DNA of 64,000 nucleotides from Saccostrea cucullata (Eukaryota): assembly GCF_032062105.1 (NCBI RefSeq), contig NW_026920697.1:62001-126000 (forward strand), given 5' to 3'. Below the pieces are notes generated by a model. That model was not told the origin of the DNA. It did not search any database and was given only the letters and a program-made list of their open reading frames with translations. Numbering within the stretch: position 1 is the stretch's first letter; every line of letters begins with the position of its first letter. Of the stretch, positions 52,690-64,000 are shown piece after piece. Both the position numbers and the translations under genes were made by a program.

Positions 52690-52800
52690 CTCACCTCTTC
52701 TACTTTTCCTTCGCCGGTGATTTATCGGATCCGGAAGTTTAACGCTTACGCTTGCGCATAGGTCATAGCAACATCGACGCATACAAGAAAAAAATAGTAT
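52690..52800. promoter_or_regulatory. Putative bidirectional promoter for GTF2H1 and CIMAP3
   Basis: Divergent genes with ATGs ~590 bp apart; CpG-richer patch with ETS-like CCGGAAGT (52731), TGCGCA and X-box-like GGTCATAGCAAC (52761). Confidence 0.6.
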
Positions 52801-52856
52801 TTTTTAGAAAAGTTTGTTAAACATATTTTTGTTGTTGTGAGCACATTTACAACAGG

Positions 52857-55746
52857 ATGGAGGGTGAGTAATTTTCTTGCAAATTATTTATTGTCCGGTA
52901 TTATATGAGGATAATCATTCTATAGAGCAAGTTAGATGTCCGTAAGATGGCAAGTTTAATGTATCAGTCCGCATTTCCTCTAGCCATTTACACATTACTT
53001 CCAGTCATTCATGAGTAAGTTTTTTTTTCTCTGATGTTCTTTTATCTCGTTCATTGACACAACAAAACAAAAAATTACAATCATGCAATTTCTCCCCTCC
53101 AAAAAAAAAAAATTACAAAACATTCTGAATATTTTCAAAATGATGAACAAATTTCCCATAAAAACAAAAACATTTCTTTAGATAGTGCAGATTAAAAGAG
53201 TAAGCCAAAGTTTTACATTTAAACACTTACTGTCACTTTACACATGGAACTGCAATTGAAATGTTTCTTATAGCAAGTAAATTAAATTTTAACCCAGTAA
53301 TATGAAGTTTAACCAAACAAAGTTATCTTTATTTTTAATAAATATAGTTTAAATACACCTGCATATGACTTTTGATAATTTTTTGCAGTGGAAAAGAAAC
53401 AAAAGGTTTCTTTCATGACCACTATGGACAGGGAGCTCTTCCCTGTTAAAATGCCTCCAAACAGATTTGGGAATGAGATAGTACCTTTACGAGGAGCACC
53501 ACACAGGGGGCCTGGCTGTTATGAAAATGAGGATGTAAGTATCTTACATAGGTGTATTTTTTTCAAATAATAGGTTTTTTTTTAAATCAAATTAGAAAGT
53601 TTGGAAAATATCAGTTCATTTCAATCTTGTTCACTGACAGGTGGTTTCAAAATTGATTAATTTTGAAGTGCATGTCTTATGACATTGTATACTGCAGTTA
53701 AATGTACATTGAATATGCTTCTGATATCAAAATAAAGCCCCCCTCCCCTCTCCATTACAAGAAAAGGAAATGGTTCATGTCAATACAGAATCTGTATAAA
53801 TATTCTCAACTGTATATAAATTATTTTGAATATATCAGCTAGCATATTTATTGGTTCAGACAAGATTCTGAAAAAAAATTATTATGATTTATCTTTTCAA
53901 TCAACATGTAAATGATATACCGTATAAGTAGAATTTTTTGCGAGGATTTAATTTTGGCATTATTAGCGAGGGTGCTGACATCGCTAAAATTGAATATCGC
54001 TAAAAATTAATTGTGTTTTATTTGTAATAGCTTCTTTAATTAACATTTTGAAATCACTAAAATTACTTCTCGAGAAAAATAATTAAAATACCAGATTTTA
54101 GGTAGAAATCGCTAAATTTGCGTCTCGCTAAAATTTCACTTATATGGAATGTCTTTCTGATTTATTATTAGAAAACCAGCTTCATGTACCAGATTGAGCA
54201 CAACATTAACAGCACAAAGGGGTATACACTGGGAGCAAGAACTTCACGGAGATTTCCTAGAACAGTAGTGGTGAGTTTCATTGGTAAATTGTGAAATGTC
54301 CAAACTCTTCTAGATTCTTTTATGGCCTATGAAGATCAGGACACGAGTCATTGTGTGCAGTTTGCCTCCCTTTTTGTTTTTCAATCTTTCTGTCGACAGG
54401 TTAAACTTTGGTAAAAAATTGAAATTTGGCCTCCTTAACAATTGTATATAAAGATAGTGAACAGAGAATTTAAATTCAAAGTTACCATAAATTTCCAAAG
54501 GTCACATCAGTGATATATTTTCCTCAATCAAGCCAAAAAAAAAAAAGATTTAGAGAAGCATATGATTGAAATTCCAAAATTTAAAAGTTTAACTTTATCT
54601 AAATTACCAATCAATATCAAATAAGAAATTTGGAACTAGTTCCCATGGAATGGATTAACCATAATCCAGTGATAAAATGACTGTATTTTATTTTTCAGTT
54701 TGAAACGCCATGTCCTACAGAATATCAGCAGCAGAATTCTAATCTTAAGGAATTTGAGACGGATCAGAAACCATTTCTAGTTGGTGCTGACAGATTCCCC
54801 ATTTATAAGAGAGACATTGTGGATGTTTTACCGGGGTATGTTAATACATTTTTACAATGTCATTCTGATAAAATACAGTCACTGTCAGACTATGCTTTTG
54901 TTGTATAAAAAGACAGGCATACATATATGAAACAATTAGTAGATGAAAATAACCAATTTGTTTCAAATTCAGACCTATGATTACCTGCATATATGCTATT
55001 TGATAAAAGATCATCATGCATCTTTATAAAGGCGTGAAACTTACTGGTATAAAAATCATGATTTAACACCATTTGGTTTAGGAAGTTAAAATAATCTTTT
55101 TGTCAAACTGTCTTACAAATTAAAATTATTTCGTTTTAGAACAAATGGTAATACTAGACTGACCTACAGTTATTTATTATCACTTTTACATTTTCAAAGT
55201 ATATGGACCTTGAAGCTTATGTTGAAATATTGGGTCTTTTATTGTAATCTAATGCAAAATCTTTAGATTAATACATGTACTTGTTTTTTTTTTTTCATAA
55301 AGATCATGACCAGGTTTTTCTTTTTGTATAGTCCTGGAACATATGAGCATCAAGTTCCACGGAACCGCAAAGTTCAGTGGCACCAATCCTTTGGTGGCTC
55401 CCCAGTATATCTCCCTGAAATATCAGTACAAAGTACAATAGGACAGAATACAGAAAAGGTAAGTTATTACTACATCTCTAAGAAATATCAGTACAAGTAC
55501 AATAGGATAGAATTCAAAGAAGGTTGGTTATTACTAATATCAATACAAAGTACATATATACAATAGAACAGAAAACAGAAAAACATATCAATTATACTAT
55601 ATTAAATTTCTGTTATAAAAATATGCTATTAAGACATTTCAGCTCATTGAATGTTTTGTGTTTTTTTTTTATAGTTATACAGTACAAAAGAAGAAAGGAA
55701 ATACCACAGAAAGCTTGCCTACCTCAAACTTTACTATAATGACTGA
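52857..55746 (+). CDS. CIMAP3: Ciliary microtubule-associated protein 3 (pitchfork/PIFO). Exons 52857-52863, 53389-53534, 54172-54270, 54699-54835, 55332-55458, 55675-55746
   Basis: VSFMTTMDRELFP...PLRGAPHRGPGCY; STKGYTLGARTSRRF; PGPGTYE; C-terminal KEERKYHRKLAYLKLYYND matches the pitchfork pattern. Confidence 0.88.
53918..54147. mobile_element. MITE in a CIMAP3 intron (same family as 42648-42876, opposite orientation)
   Basis: TACCGTATAAGTAGAATTTTT ... AAAATTTCACTTATATGGA; interior is inverse-similar to the other copy. Confidence 0.7.
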
Positions 55747-57399
55747 CAGATGTGGAGATTTAACACTCTAAGTATATTTTATGATCCACATTCTTACTTT
55801 GATGACAACAAGAATATATAAAGAATCAAGATGTCTACTATCTTAACAACCCAGAAAAGCTCATTTCTTCTCCATTCTAATTTTTATATTGGTTGTATTT
55901 TGATTTTAATCTGTGCCTAGCTATTTTTATCTCTGCACAGTCTTGCAAAAAATACAGCTGTATTTTTTTTTTACATTTGATGCAACATAAGTACTTGGTA
56001 CATATAATTACTTATTTGATATTTTTAGCATTTCAAAGAAATCTCCAAGATTTATTGATAAAATGTTCAAATCATGTATATAAAAAGATCACTTTTATTG
56101 AACAAAAGCATTATGTTAAATGCTAAAATAAATATAAGGATATAAACTTCTCAAGAGAACACTTTTTTGAGATTTTATTTTATATTTTTTATTTTGAATG
56201 TTATATGGTATCACTAGAAATTTTTTTTATTTTTGGTTAAATATGATAATAAAATGATAATAAATTAACATGTTTAGCCTTGAGGAAAATCAAGATAACA
56301 TTACTGTCTGTTAAAATCTGCATTTAATTGATCAAATTATATATATTTTTAAAAATATGTCCTTGGTTTACCTTTTTGCTTTGTTATTATTTTGTTATGT
56401 GTCTACGTAAATACTTTAAATGTTTTGTGACATGGAAAGTATTTAAAAAGGCCTTTGTTTAATGGTAACTTGATATTAAATATGTAGACCATATTATTTT
56501 TGTACAGGAAGACAATGTCATGTTATTTTTCATAAGAATGAGAGTGTGAATGTTTCAGTTGGCACAGATCTAATAATTATAAAATTAAAAGAAAGTGTTA
56601 CCATTAGATTGTTTCTCATACTTCTTCCACCCTTCCTGCTGTCTGTCACAATATGTTTAGGCATTGAGCTCAGTTTCAAAGAAACTGTTAAAGAGATATT
56701 TATCCAGTTTTAATCACTGATAAATATTGGTTGAGCTATAATTCAGCTGTAAGAAAATTGACCTTGGAATTCCTATGACCTCATTTTTTTTCATCCAGCA
56801 TTTAGCTCAGTTTCTAAGAAACTTTTCAACAGTTTTCAAAGTTGGGTCTACATCAAATCCACACAAGCTTTACTCTGTCCCTTTGAAACTTTTAAAAAGT
56901 CTTCTTGAAAAGGTCATGGAAAGTCCATTTTTTGATTCCTTCACACCAGAATATAGGCTAGGATCTGTGGATAGTGATATTGCAAATCATAAGCTTTTAA
57001 ATCCCCATGTTTCACAGAAGAAAATGCAGCTAAAACAATCCTTTTTTTTCTTAAACTTTAATATGCCGACAAAGGAATTGACACTGTTAATATAAATAAT
57101 ATTCTTAATCACAAAAGGGTCCAGTCTAGCTTGTATTCCACCATATTTCAAGTTAAAGACTACACCTTGTATATCCTACAATTGTACAAGGCCGTAACTA
57201 CCATTGAGGCAAGTGAGGCAAATGCCTCACTAATTTTTTCGAGTTTTTGAAAAGTGAAAAAGTTTTATTGTACTTATGTGTGTCTTCGTGCTCAATTAAT
57301 ATTTTCAACTTTTATTTCCATTTCTGTAAATCGTTTATCTCCCCAGGTGCCTCATTTACATTCTGATTTAATTCTATAAATGGTAATCCAAATTATACT

Positions 57400-58730
57400 C
57401 ATAGTCCTCTTTCTAAGGAAAATCATGTGTCAGTTTTGAATACAGTATTTTAAATATCCCAAATAAACAAAATGAATTTGAAATACCATATTTATATTGG
57501 ATTCCGAAACTTCCTAAGAATCATTACAAACAAAGTTACAAAGCAGGTTCCAGTAATTGTTCAACCAAGCCTCTTTCTTTACTCTTCACTAAGATATTAA
57601 CAGTAGTGAAGGAGAAACTTCTAGAGTACTGTGCAACAATATATTCAAGAAGTGGTGTAAATCAGATGTGGATACTTAAAAATTCCAATGAGCTTTTGGA
57701 AAATTTGAAATCACGAGATTTCACCAAAATCAACAGCTTAAAAACTTACGACTTATCAACTTTATATACACAACCATTATCCAACGATAAATTAAAGTCC
57801 AGGCTTTTTGAAATCATTGACAGCTAATTTTATTGACAGCTTTTTAAAATAAAAATGGAACTCTTAAATTTACTTACCTTGTCAATGGTCATTTGCAAAA
57901 TTGTTTTGTTAAAAACATTCTGATTGTACACACAAGTACTCTGGTTGACATAAAAAAGATGCTTGAGTTTCTGGTAGACAATATCTATGTGGTTTTGGAG
58001 ACCATGCAGGCCCAAAGACCATACTAGTAAACTGAGAATGTACTTCAGTCAAAATTTTGAGTTTTAATATTTTGAGTTTAATTAAACAATTTTGCTTGAT
58101 ATTGTGCAATTTAAAATAATATTTAACAAATTTGTTTCATTATCAAAATTATTTCACTTAAGTCTGTTCTCAGTTTATGGTCTTGGGGCCAGGTCTTCCA
58201 ACAATCTATTGGAAATCCCATGGGTATCAATTGCGCCCTGTTGTTAACAGACCTATTTTTGTATTCATATGAAGCAGAATTTGTCCAAAATCTTATGCGT
58301 GGAAAGAAGAAAACACTTGCTGTAGCCTTCAACTCATCAATTAGATATATCGACAACGTACATGTAATGTCAATTGACAATGGTAATTTTCATTCTTATG
58401 TCGATACGATATATCCTGGCGAGCTTGAGATAAAAGGTATCACAACGTCTGGCACCTCTGTTTCATATTTGGATATTTTACTTGAAAAAGACGCCAATGG
58501 TAATCTAACAACCAAGCTCTATGATAAACGTGATTCTTTAACTTTTTTATTATCAATTTCCCTTATTATGCAGCAATATACCTTCATCACCTGCATATTG
58601 AATTTGTATATCTTAGTTGATTCAATATGCAAGAGCAAGCAAAAGCACAAACAATTTCTAAAACGAGGTAAATTATTGACAAACAAGTTTATGGAGCAAG
58701 AATTTCAACAGTCTCGTTTAAAGTCATGTA
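57400..58730 (+). mobile_element. Decayed Penelope-like retroelement reverse transcriptase fragment
   Basis: YWIPKLP, SRSGVNQMWILKNS, KTYDLSTLYT, PMGINCALLLTDLFLYSYE, RYIDN (degenerate YxDD), IYPGELEIK, SYLDI, TKLYDKRD; frameshifts and an unrelated insert at ~58000-58185. Confidence 0.8.
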
Positions 58731-59818
58731 TGTTGATCACTGCTTTGTCAGCTGGGACAAGTAGGGCTATCTAATTCTTTTTTTACTTTTGAATTACTGA
58801 AGACAAAAGGATAGATGGTTTCTTTGGCCCATGGCCGCTTAATTTAAGACTGTAACATGCCACTGATAATTTTATTCCATTCTGACAAGTTGTTGTTTTT
58901 TTTCTTGTTTCGTCAATCGCCTTAGGAATTTTCCACAAAATTTATAATATTAATGACTTTTTCAACTTCAAAGATCGTCGTTCCCTTCCTTTTGACCTTT
59001 TGAAAACAAGTGATATAAGCTTCCCGTTAAAATGATTAGATAAGTAGATGCTGAAAGGCCGTAAGTGCTTTATATAGGTGTAAATTTGCATCCATCCACA
59101 TGCATATACATCAATATGACTAAAACCGGTGGCGGGCTGCTAATTTAGTCATAATTGAAAACATTGGAAGGACTGGTCCACACGTCCTGCAACGGGATTT
59201 GAACCGTCGACGATAGAATTAACTCCTTACTCCGAACTTCATAGACGTTCAGACTGAACATAAATATATCATATTATATAATTACAACTTGATCTAAAAC
59301 CAAATTTATTTCCTACATTTCTTGGAATTTATTGAGTACTTTACACGAAATAACTGTCTATTAGTACAAGTATTTCTCTTATACAACACAATTAAGTAAG
59401 AATTTGGTTCAGTTGATGTGATACCATGTCCTCAAATTTACCAAAAGAAAATTAACTGTATAGAACTGTTTTAGTATCAATGAGTATGATTTTTTATAAA
59501 AGGTAATTAAGTTTTAGCTAAAATTTAGGATTTTTTCAGTTATAATACTTTGTAAATATGTCATAGAAGAATACTAATAATTTATATTAAAAAGGTCAAA
59601 GAAGCTTTGGGATACGGAACACAGGGGTGGGGGGCTGGGCGAATTGTCCCGCCCCCAAGCACCTGTGCTTTCTTTGCGGCCAATGAAGCTCTCCAGCCAT
59701 ATTTACAAACCGTTCTTGTTCTATAAAAGGCGTGATTAAGCTTTGTTAAAATGTTAAATTGTTTGTTATTTGATTTTATAAGATAAGGAAAATAATACTT
59801 TTTCACTAAGCAATGCTT

Positions 59819-62074
59819 TCACACTATTGTGAACATTTCGCTTTTTTCTTCTGTGTAATTCAGTAGTTCTCCGGAGTCTTGTATGTTGACAACAGTGCTT
59901 CCTGTTCTTTCGTGAACGAGATTACAATCAGTCATATATACAACTTCCTCATTTACATAAGTCACCACTTCCGCTGTTGGTGCTTCTTTCCCAGAAGTTC
60001 TGTCTGATTTCAGTGTAGACTCTATCACTGTGATCTGTCCTTGTGCATCATCCAAATTTTCCTCCGAAACAGTTTCTGATTGTATTTCCCTCTCCTCGAG
60101 TATCGTGCTTTGTTCATTGTGTCTTTTTGTGTCTATTATTGCTAAGTAATCCGCGGAGCTTCTTTTTTCAAGGTCATCTTCAACACTGACACTTTTATTT
60201 TTATCTAATATAAACATGACACCAAGGCTTTGCGAAGACTTGGAACCTAATGTCTTGTTCTCCCGTGGATCACAAGGCCTTTTTCGTCCCATACATCCCG
60301 TTTTAGACCTCTGTAATATATATGGATGTTTTTCCTTAAGCCTTTGAATGTACCAAGTTAACTGTGGGGTGAATTCCTCTTTACTGTCATCTGTGTCTGA
60401 ATCATCGTCACTGCTGATATTCCAACTCCTTGAAGCAGTTACATCTAGAGACATACTTCTAGTAGCTCCACGGTCTCTCGGGATAGGCAAAGAACATCCG
60501 ATGTTGAGATTGCGCGTGTCCTTTACTACTTTTGTATGACAAGTTCCCCAGTCTAGGTACTCCGTATTTTCCACCTTTTTGGATTTAATTTTCTTTTTTC
60601 GTTTAGAACCCGTTTGTGACCGAGGTCTGTGAAGCTTATTTTGAATTGGGTTTGGAGGTATCTTAATCTTTTGATTCCTACAAGGTGTCGGGCATTTCTC
60701 TCTGACGGTTCTTCCCCTGTGGTCTAATACTGGAGGTTGCTTTATGTCCTCTGCAGATGAGTTAGGTACGGAAGCTCTATCGAGTCCCTGTACCATAACA
60801 GAAGTTGTATAATCATACACCTTTTCAATTTTGTCTTTTGTCGATGGAGTTGATTCTTGGGAATTTGGGACCAACGAATTATTAGAATACACAGTTTCAG
60901 TACTCTTCTGTTTGCAATATCCGAGTGCTTTCACATTATTTTCCCAATTATCACTTTTTGTATTTTTTAAATCAGATCGACTGGTATGGATTTGCACTTC
61001 AGCGTTAGAGGTGACGCATTTTAACACAGTATCCCCCGCCGAATCTTTCTCGTCTTTTGGGGCCTTGTAGTCTTCTGGTTAGAATTAAAAAGTTTAAGAT
61101 TACAGAAGACATATATAATTCTATAATAACAGTTAATCAATCTTTCATCAAGAGAAATTAAAGATAAGAGATCAAAATGCACACGATACTTATATAGAAT
61201 TTTGAAAATTTATTAAGTTGTAGATTTGTTTGTGTAAATACATCTTTTTCTTTTTAAAAAAAATACATTTAATTAAACAATAGTTTTTGTTTCAGTGTCC
61301 CGTTTTAAAAAATGTAAAATAAGTATAGAATTCATGAATTACCAGTCTTTGGCATAGATCCAGTTACATCTTGATCCCTTCCCGAGTTTTGAGATTCCAT
61401 CCGATGTCTTTTCCAGGGGGCTGTCCTATTACAGAGAGAATCAGTTTTAACACAACTTCATGTCTACCATTCTGTATTCTGAAGATAAGGATTGATGCCT
61501 TGTGAAATGTAACAGGTATATACCTACCCTATTTTCCACCTCTTTCTAAACATGTAAAGCTGAAACACTTGGAGGATGATGGCAATGCCAAGGAGAATAA
61601 AAACTGGAAGAAAATAATAATAACCCAATCCTTTCATATTGAAAACTGGAAAAAGTTTTCAAATAAACATTTTATAACATGTATAAGATAACATAAAGCA
61701 ATAGATATAAAAAAAAAATATTGAGCCTGAAAAAGCATTGGTCTCAAATAAACACAAACTATTTTCTTAACTTTCTCGCATTTATCAACATGCACAAGAA
61801 AGTTATTATAGTAAGTAGATCGCAAATTTAGTAATATTTTTACCGATGACACCTTCTTTAGTTATAGTCCCTGCTCTTATTTCCTCGGCATAAGTGGCAC
61901 ACCTTTCTTTGTCCCCAAAACAGCAGGTCGAGTTCTTGCTATCAAAGCAAAGAATGAAAACATTGACATAGGACAAAATTTTAATCAGCGCCACTACACA
62001 TTTAATACATTTCACATATAAATTGGAGAGTATAGGTCCGTTGATTAAGTAGATCTAACTTACATTTTATCCAT
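59819..62074 (-). CDS. Uncharacterised single-pass membrane protein with a long low-complexity tail. Approximate exons 62074-62064, 61938-61844, 61603-61529, 61425-61343, 61074-59819
   Basis: Spliced frame MDKIKNSTCCFGDKERCATYAEEIRAGTITKEGVIVFILLGIAIILQVFQLYMFRKRWKIG...EDYKAPKDEK joins the 402-aa ORF; start exon uncertain. Confidence 0.7.
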
Positions 62075-62399
62075 CTTTACATGAAAGACTTCGCTAACTC
62101 CGCGTCGTTTGCCAGTCGAAGAGACCTTGCAATGTCATGCTGTTTTTTAATCATTTTGGCATTACCTGAATAATATGATAATTTCTGTAATTCCAAATGC
62201 ATGTAAAATAACCATCAAATAAAATTCTAAAAAATTCGAACCACTAGATTTGAAAGGGCGTGTGCAGATTGCTGTTACAATATGTTTAAAGTGTTGTTTT
62301 TTTTCAAACATCAAAATTCTAATAAAATGATATTGCTTGAAAACAACATATTTATACAACTTCAATACTCATACCAATTTTGTTAGGCCATTATTTACA

Positions 62400-62600
62400 C
62401 TATTGTCGACGGATTTTTTCCTTTATTTCACGATTATAACAAGGAACACAAAGCGGGCGTGACCAGTCGGCAGGGGATGCTCACTCCTCCATGGCACCTG
62501 ATCCCACCTCTGATGTTTTGGAGGTCCGTGTTTGCTCTGTATCGTTTTATGGAGTTTTGAGATTGAATACTGTTCGTTATCTCTATATATTTCATCCTTA
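62400..62600 (+). repeat. Fragment of an interspersed repeat (resembles a Penelope-associated terminal segment)
   Basis: GGGCGTGACCAGTCGGCAGGGGATGCTCACTCCTCCATGGCACCTGATCCCACCTCTG, recognised from memory only. Confidence 0.45.
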
Positions 62601-62975
62601 GGAAGGATGATACTCAAATACCATTTCCTGAATGAGAATTCAGAATGAAAGTATTTAGCAAGTGCAGTTCAAGTTGCTATTTTCGTTTTCCATTGTGATT
62701 TTTATACCTTCTCTTAATGTAGTCAAAATATCATAAATAAGCAACATCAATGGACAAATAAGTTCTTAACCCAATGCCTTAGATTAAAAAAAAAAGAAGA
62801 AATCATCAAAGGTATATGCATACTAGTATCTGAAAAAAAGAATATTCAAGTAGAATCTATGAAAAAGAGCATAAGAAATATGTTTTCATAAAAGTAGTTT
62901 AACAAAATAGATATCATTGCCTATATCTTTTTTTTCTTTTTTTTTTTTTTTTTGCATTATCTTCTTTCATAAGGT

Positions 62976-63770
62976 TTGAAAACCTTTCCATTGTGTACAT
63001 ATGAAAAACTCCACTTGAAATTTTGTAAATCAGTACTAGGTGTGCATAAAACTGCAACTAATTTTGCTGTATTGTCTGATTTAGGTAGATTTCCCCTGCA
63101 CTTTGACATTGTAAGATCAATGATAAGGTACTGGTATAGGCTTGAAAATCTAGGCCATTCTTTCCCAATTTTAAAAGATGCATATTGTGAATCCAAATCA
63201 TTGTTTGAGAAAAACATCCCTTCTTGGTACAGCTCCATTAATTTTCTTATTACCAATATCGAGGGTATTCGTGATTTAACTTCAGTCAAAATGCACAAAT
63301 TCAAACGTGAACTTAAAGATTGTTTATTTAGATATTATATACAAGAGTGGAATTCTCAACTTAAATCACACTCTGATAAAAAGCTGAGATGCTATAGCAC
63401 TTTTAAACAAAATTTTGGTCAAGAAAAGTATCTTTATTTAATTAAGAATTTTGAGCAGAGGAGAAGTTTTACTCGTTTTCGCATATCAGCTCACAGACTT
63501 AATATTGAAAGGGGTCGATATATAGGTATTCCTAGAGAAGAAAGACACTGCAATAGATGCAATAACAAAACAGTTGATGATGAGAAACATTTTCTCTTTT
63601 CATGTAATCACATTAAGGATGAAAGAAAAGTCTTGTATGAATTAATAAACAATTCCTGTAAGAATTTCCACAACTTGGACAGTGAAAATAAGTTAAATTG
63701 GCTCATGACTAATGAGGATGTGCAAATACTGATTCAAGTCAGTAAAATGATTATGAGAGCTGAAGTATGA
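62976..63770 (+). mobile_element. 5'-truncated non-LTR retrotransposon (L2/CR1-group-like) ORF2 C-terminus
   Basis: EKLHLKFCKSVLGV...NFAVLSDLGRFPL; KLRCYSTFK...EKYL; RFRISAHRLNIERGRY..IPREERHCNRC....DDEKHFLFSC (CCHC); followed by (TTGT)n and poly-T. Confidence 0.85.
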
Positions 63771-64000
63771 AAAGTATTAGTAAACCTGGTTTGTTTGTTT
63801 GTTTGTTTTTTTTTTTTTTTTTTTTTTTTTTTTGAAATTTAATGTGTCCCCTCATTCCCTTCTTAAATGTACAGAATCAGTCAGAATGGGTGTCTTGAAT
63901 ACTTAGAGTACGGGTTTGCCAGTATAATCGGCTGTGCAGAATCGTCCCCTGGTACCCTCTGTATCCAAGTTACCTTTTCTTTACATTAATTGTATGCTAC

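Noticed and set aside
56600-57180. Possibly coding-like decayed sequence
   Set aside because: No motif I can assign; multiple stops

Overview
AT-rich, intron-containing eukaryotic DNA, most likely a bivalve (oyster-like), inferred from ~166-bp satellite arrays inside Helentron/HINE-type elements and a temptin-monooxygenase gene. Genes: ZNFX1 (+, 7414-15147), a single-exon 535-aa ORF (-), an SLC17-family anion transporter (-, 11 coding exons), a single-exon secreted EGF-domain protein (+), a temptin/copper type II monooxygenase fusion (+, 8 exons), GTF2H1 (-, 12 exons) head-to-head with CIMAP3/pitchfork (+, 6 exons), and a probable single-pass membrane protein (-). Repeats include HINE-borne satellites, MITEs (several with clear target-site duplications), SINE fragments, a decayed Penelope-like element and a 5'-truncated LINE. 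The most notable observations are: (1) ZNFX1 ends in two degenerate RZ-like fingers that lack the catalytic Cys, and its helicase insertion appears duplicated; (2) the temptin-monooxygenase has lost all six copper ligands; (3) a 12-copy minisatellite is built from a GTF2H1 exon end plus splice donor, with two more exon-end duplications nearby; (4) both single-exon orphan genes have bZIP/CRE clusters just upstream. Exon models were spliced by eye and family calls rest on motif recognition, not database searches.
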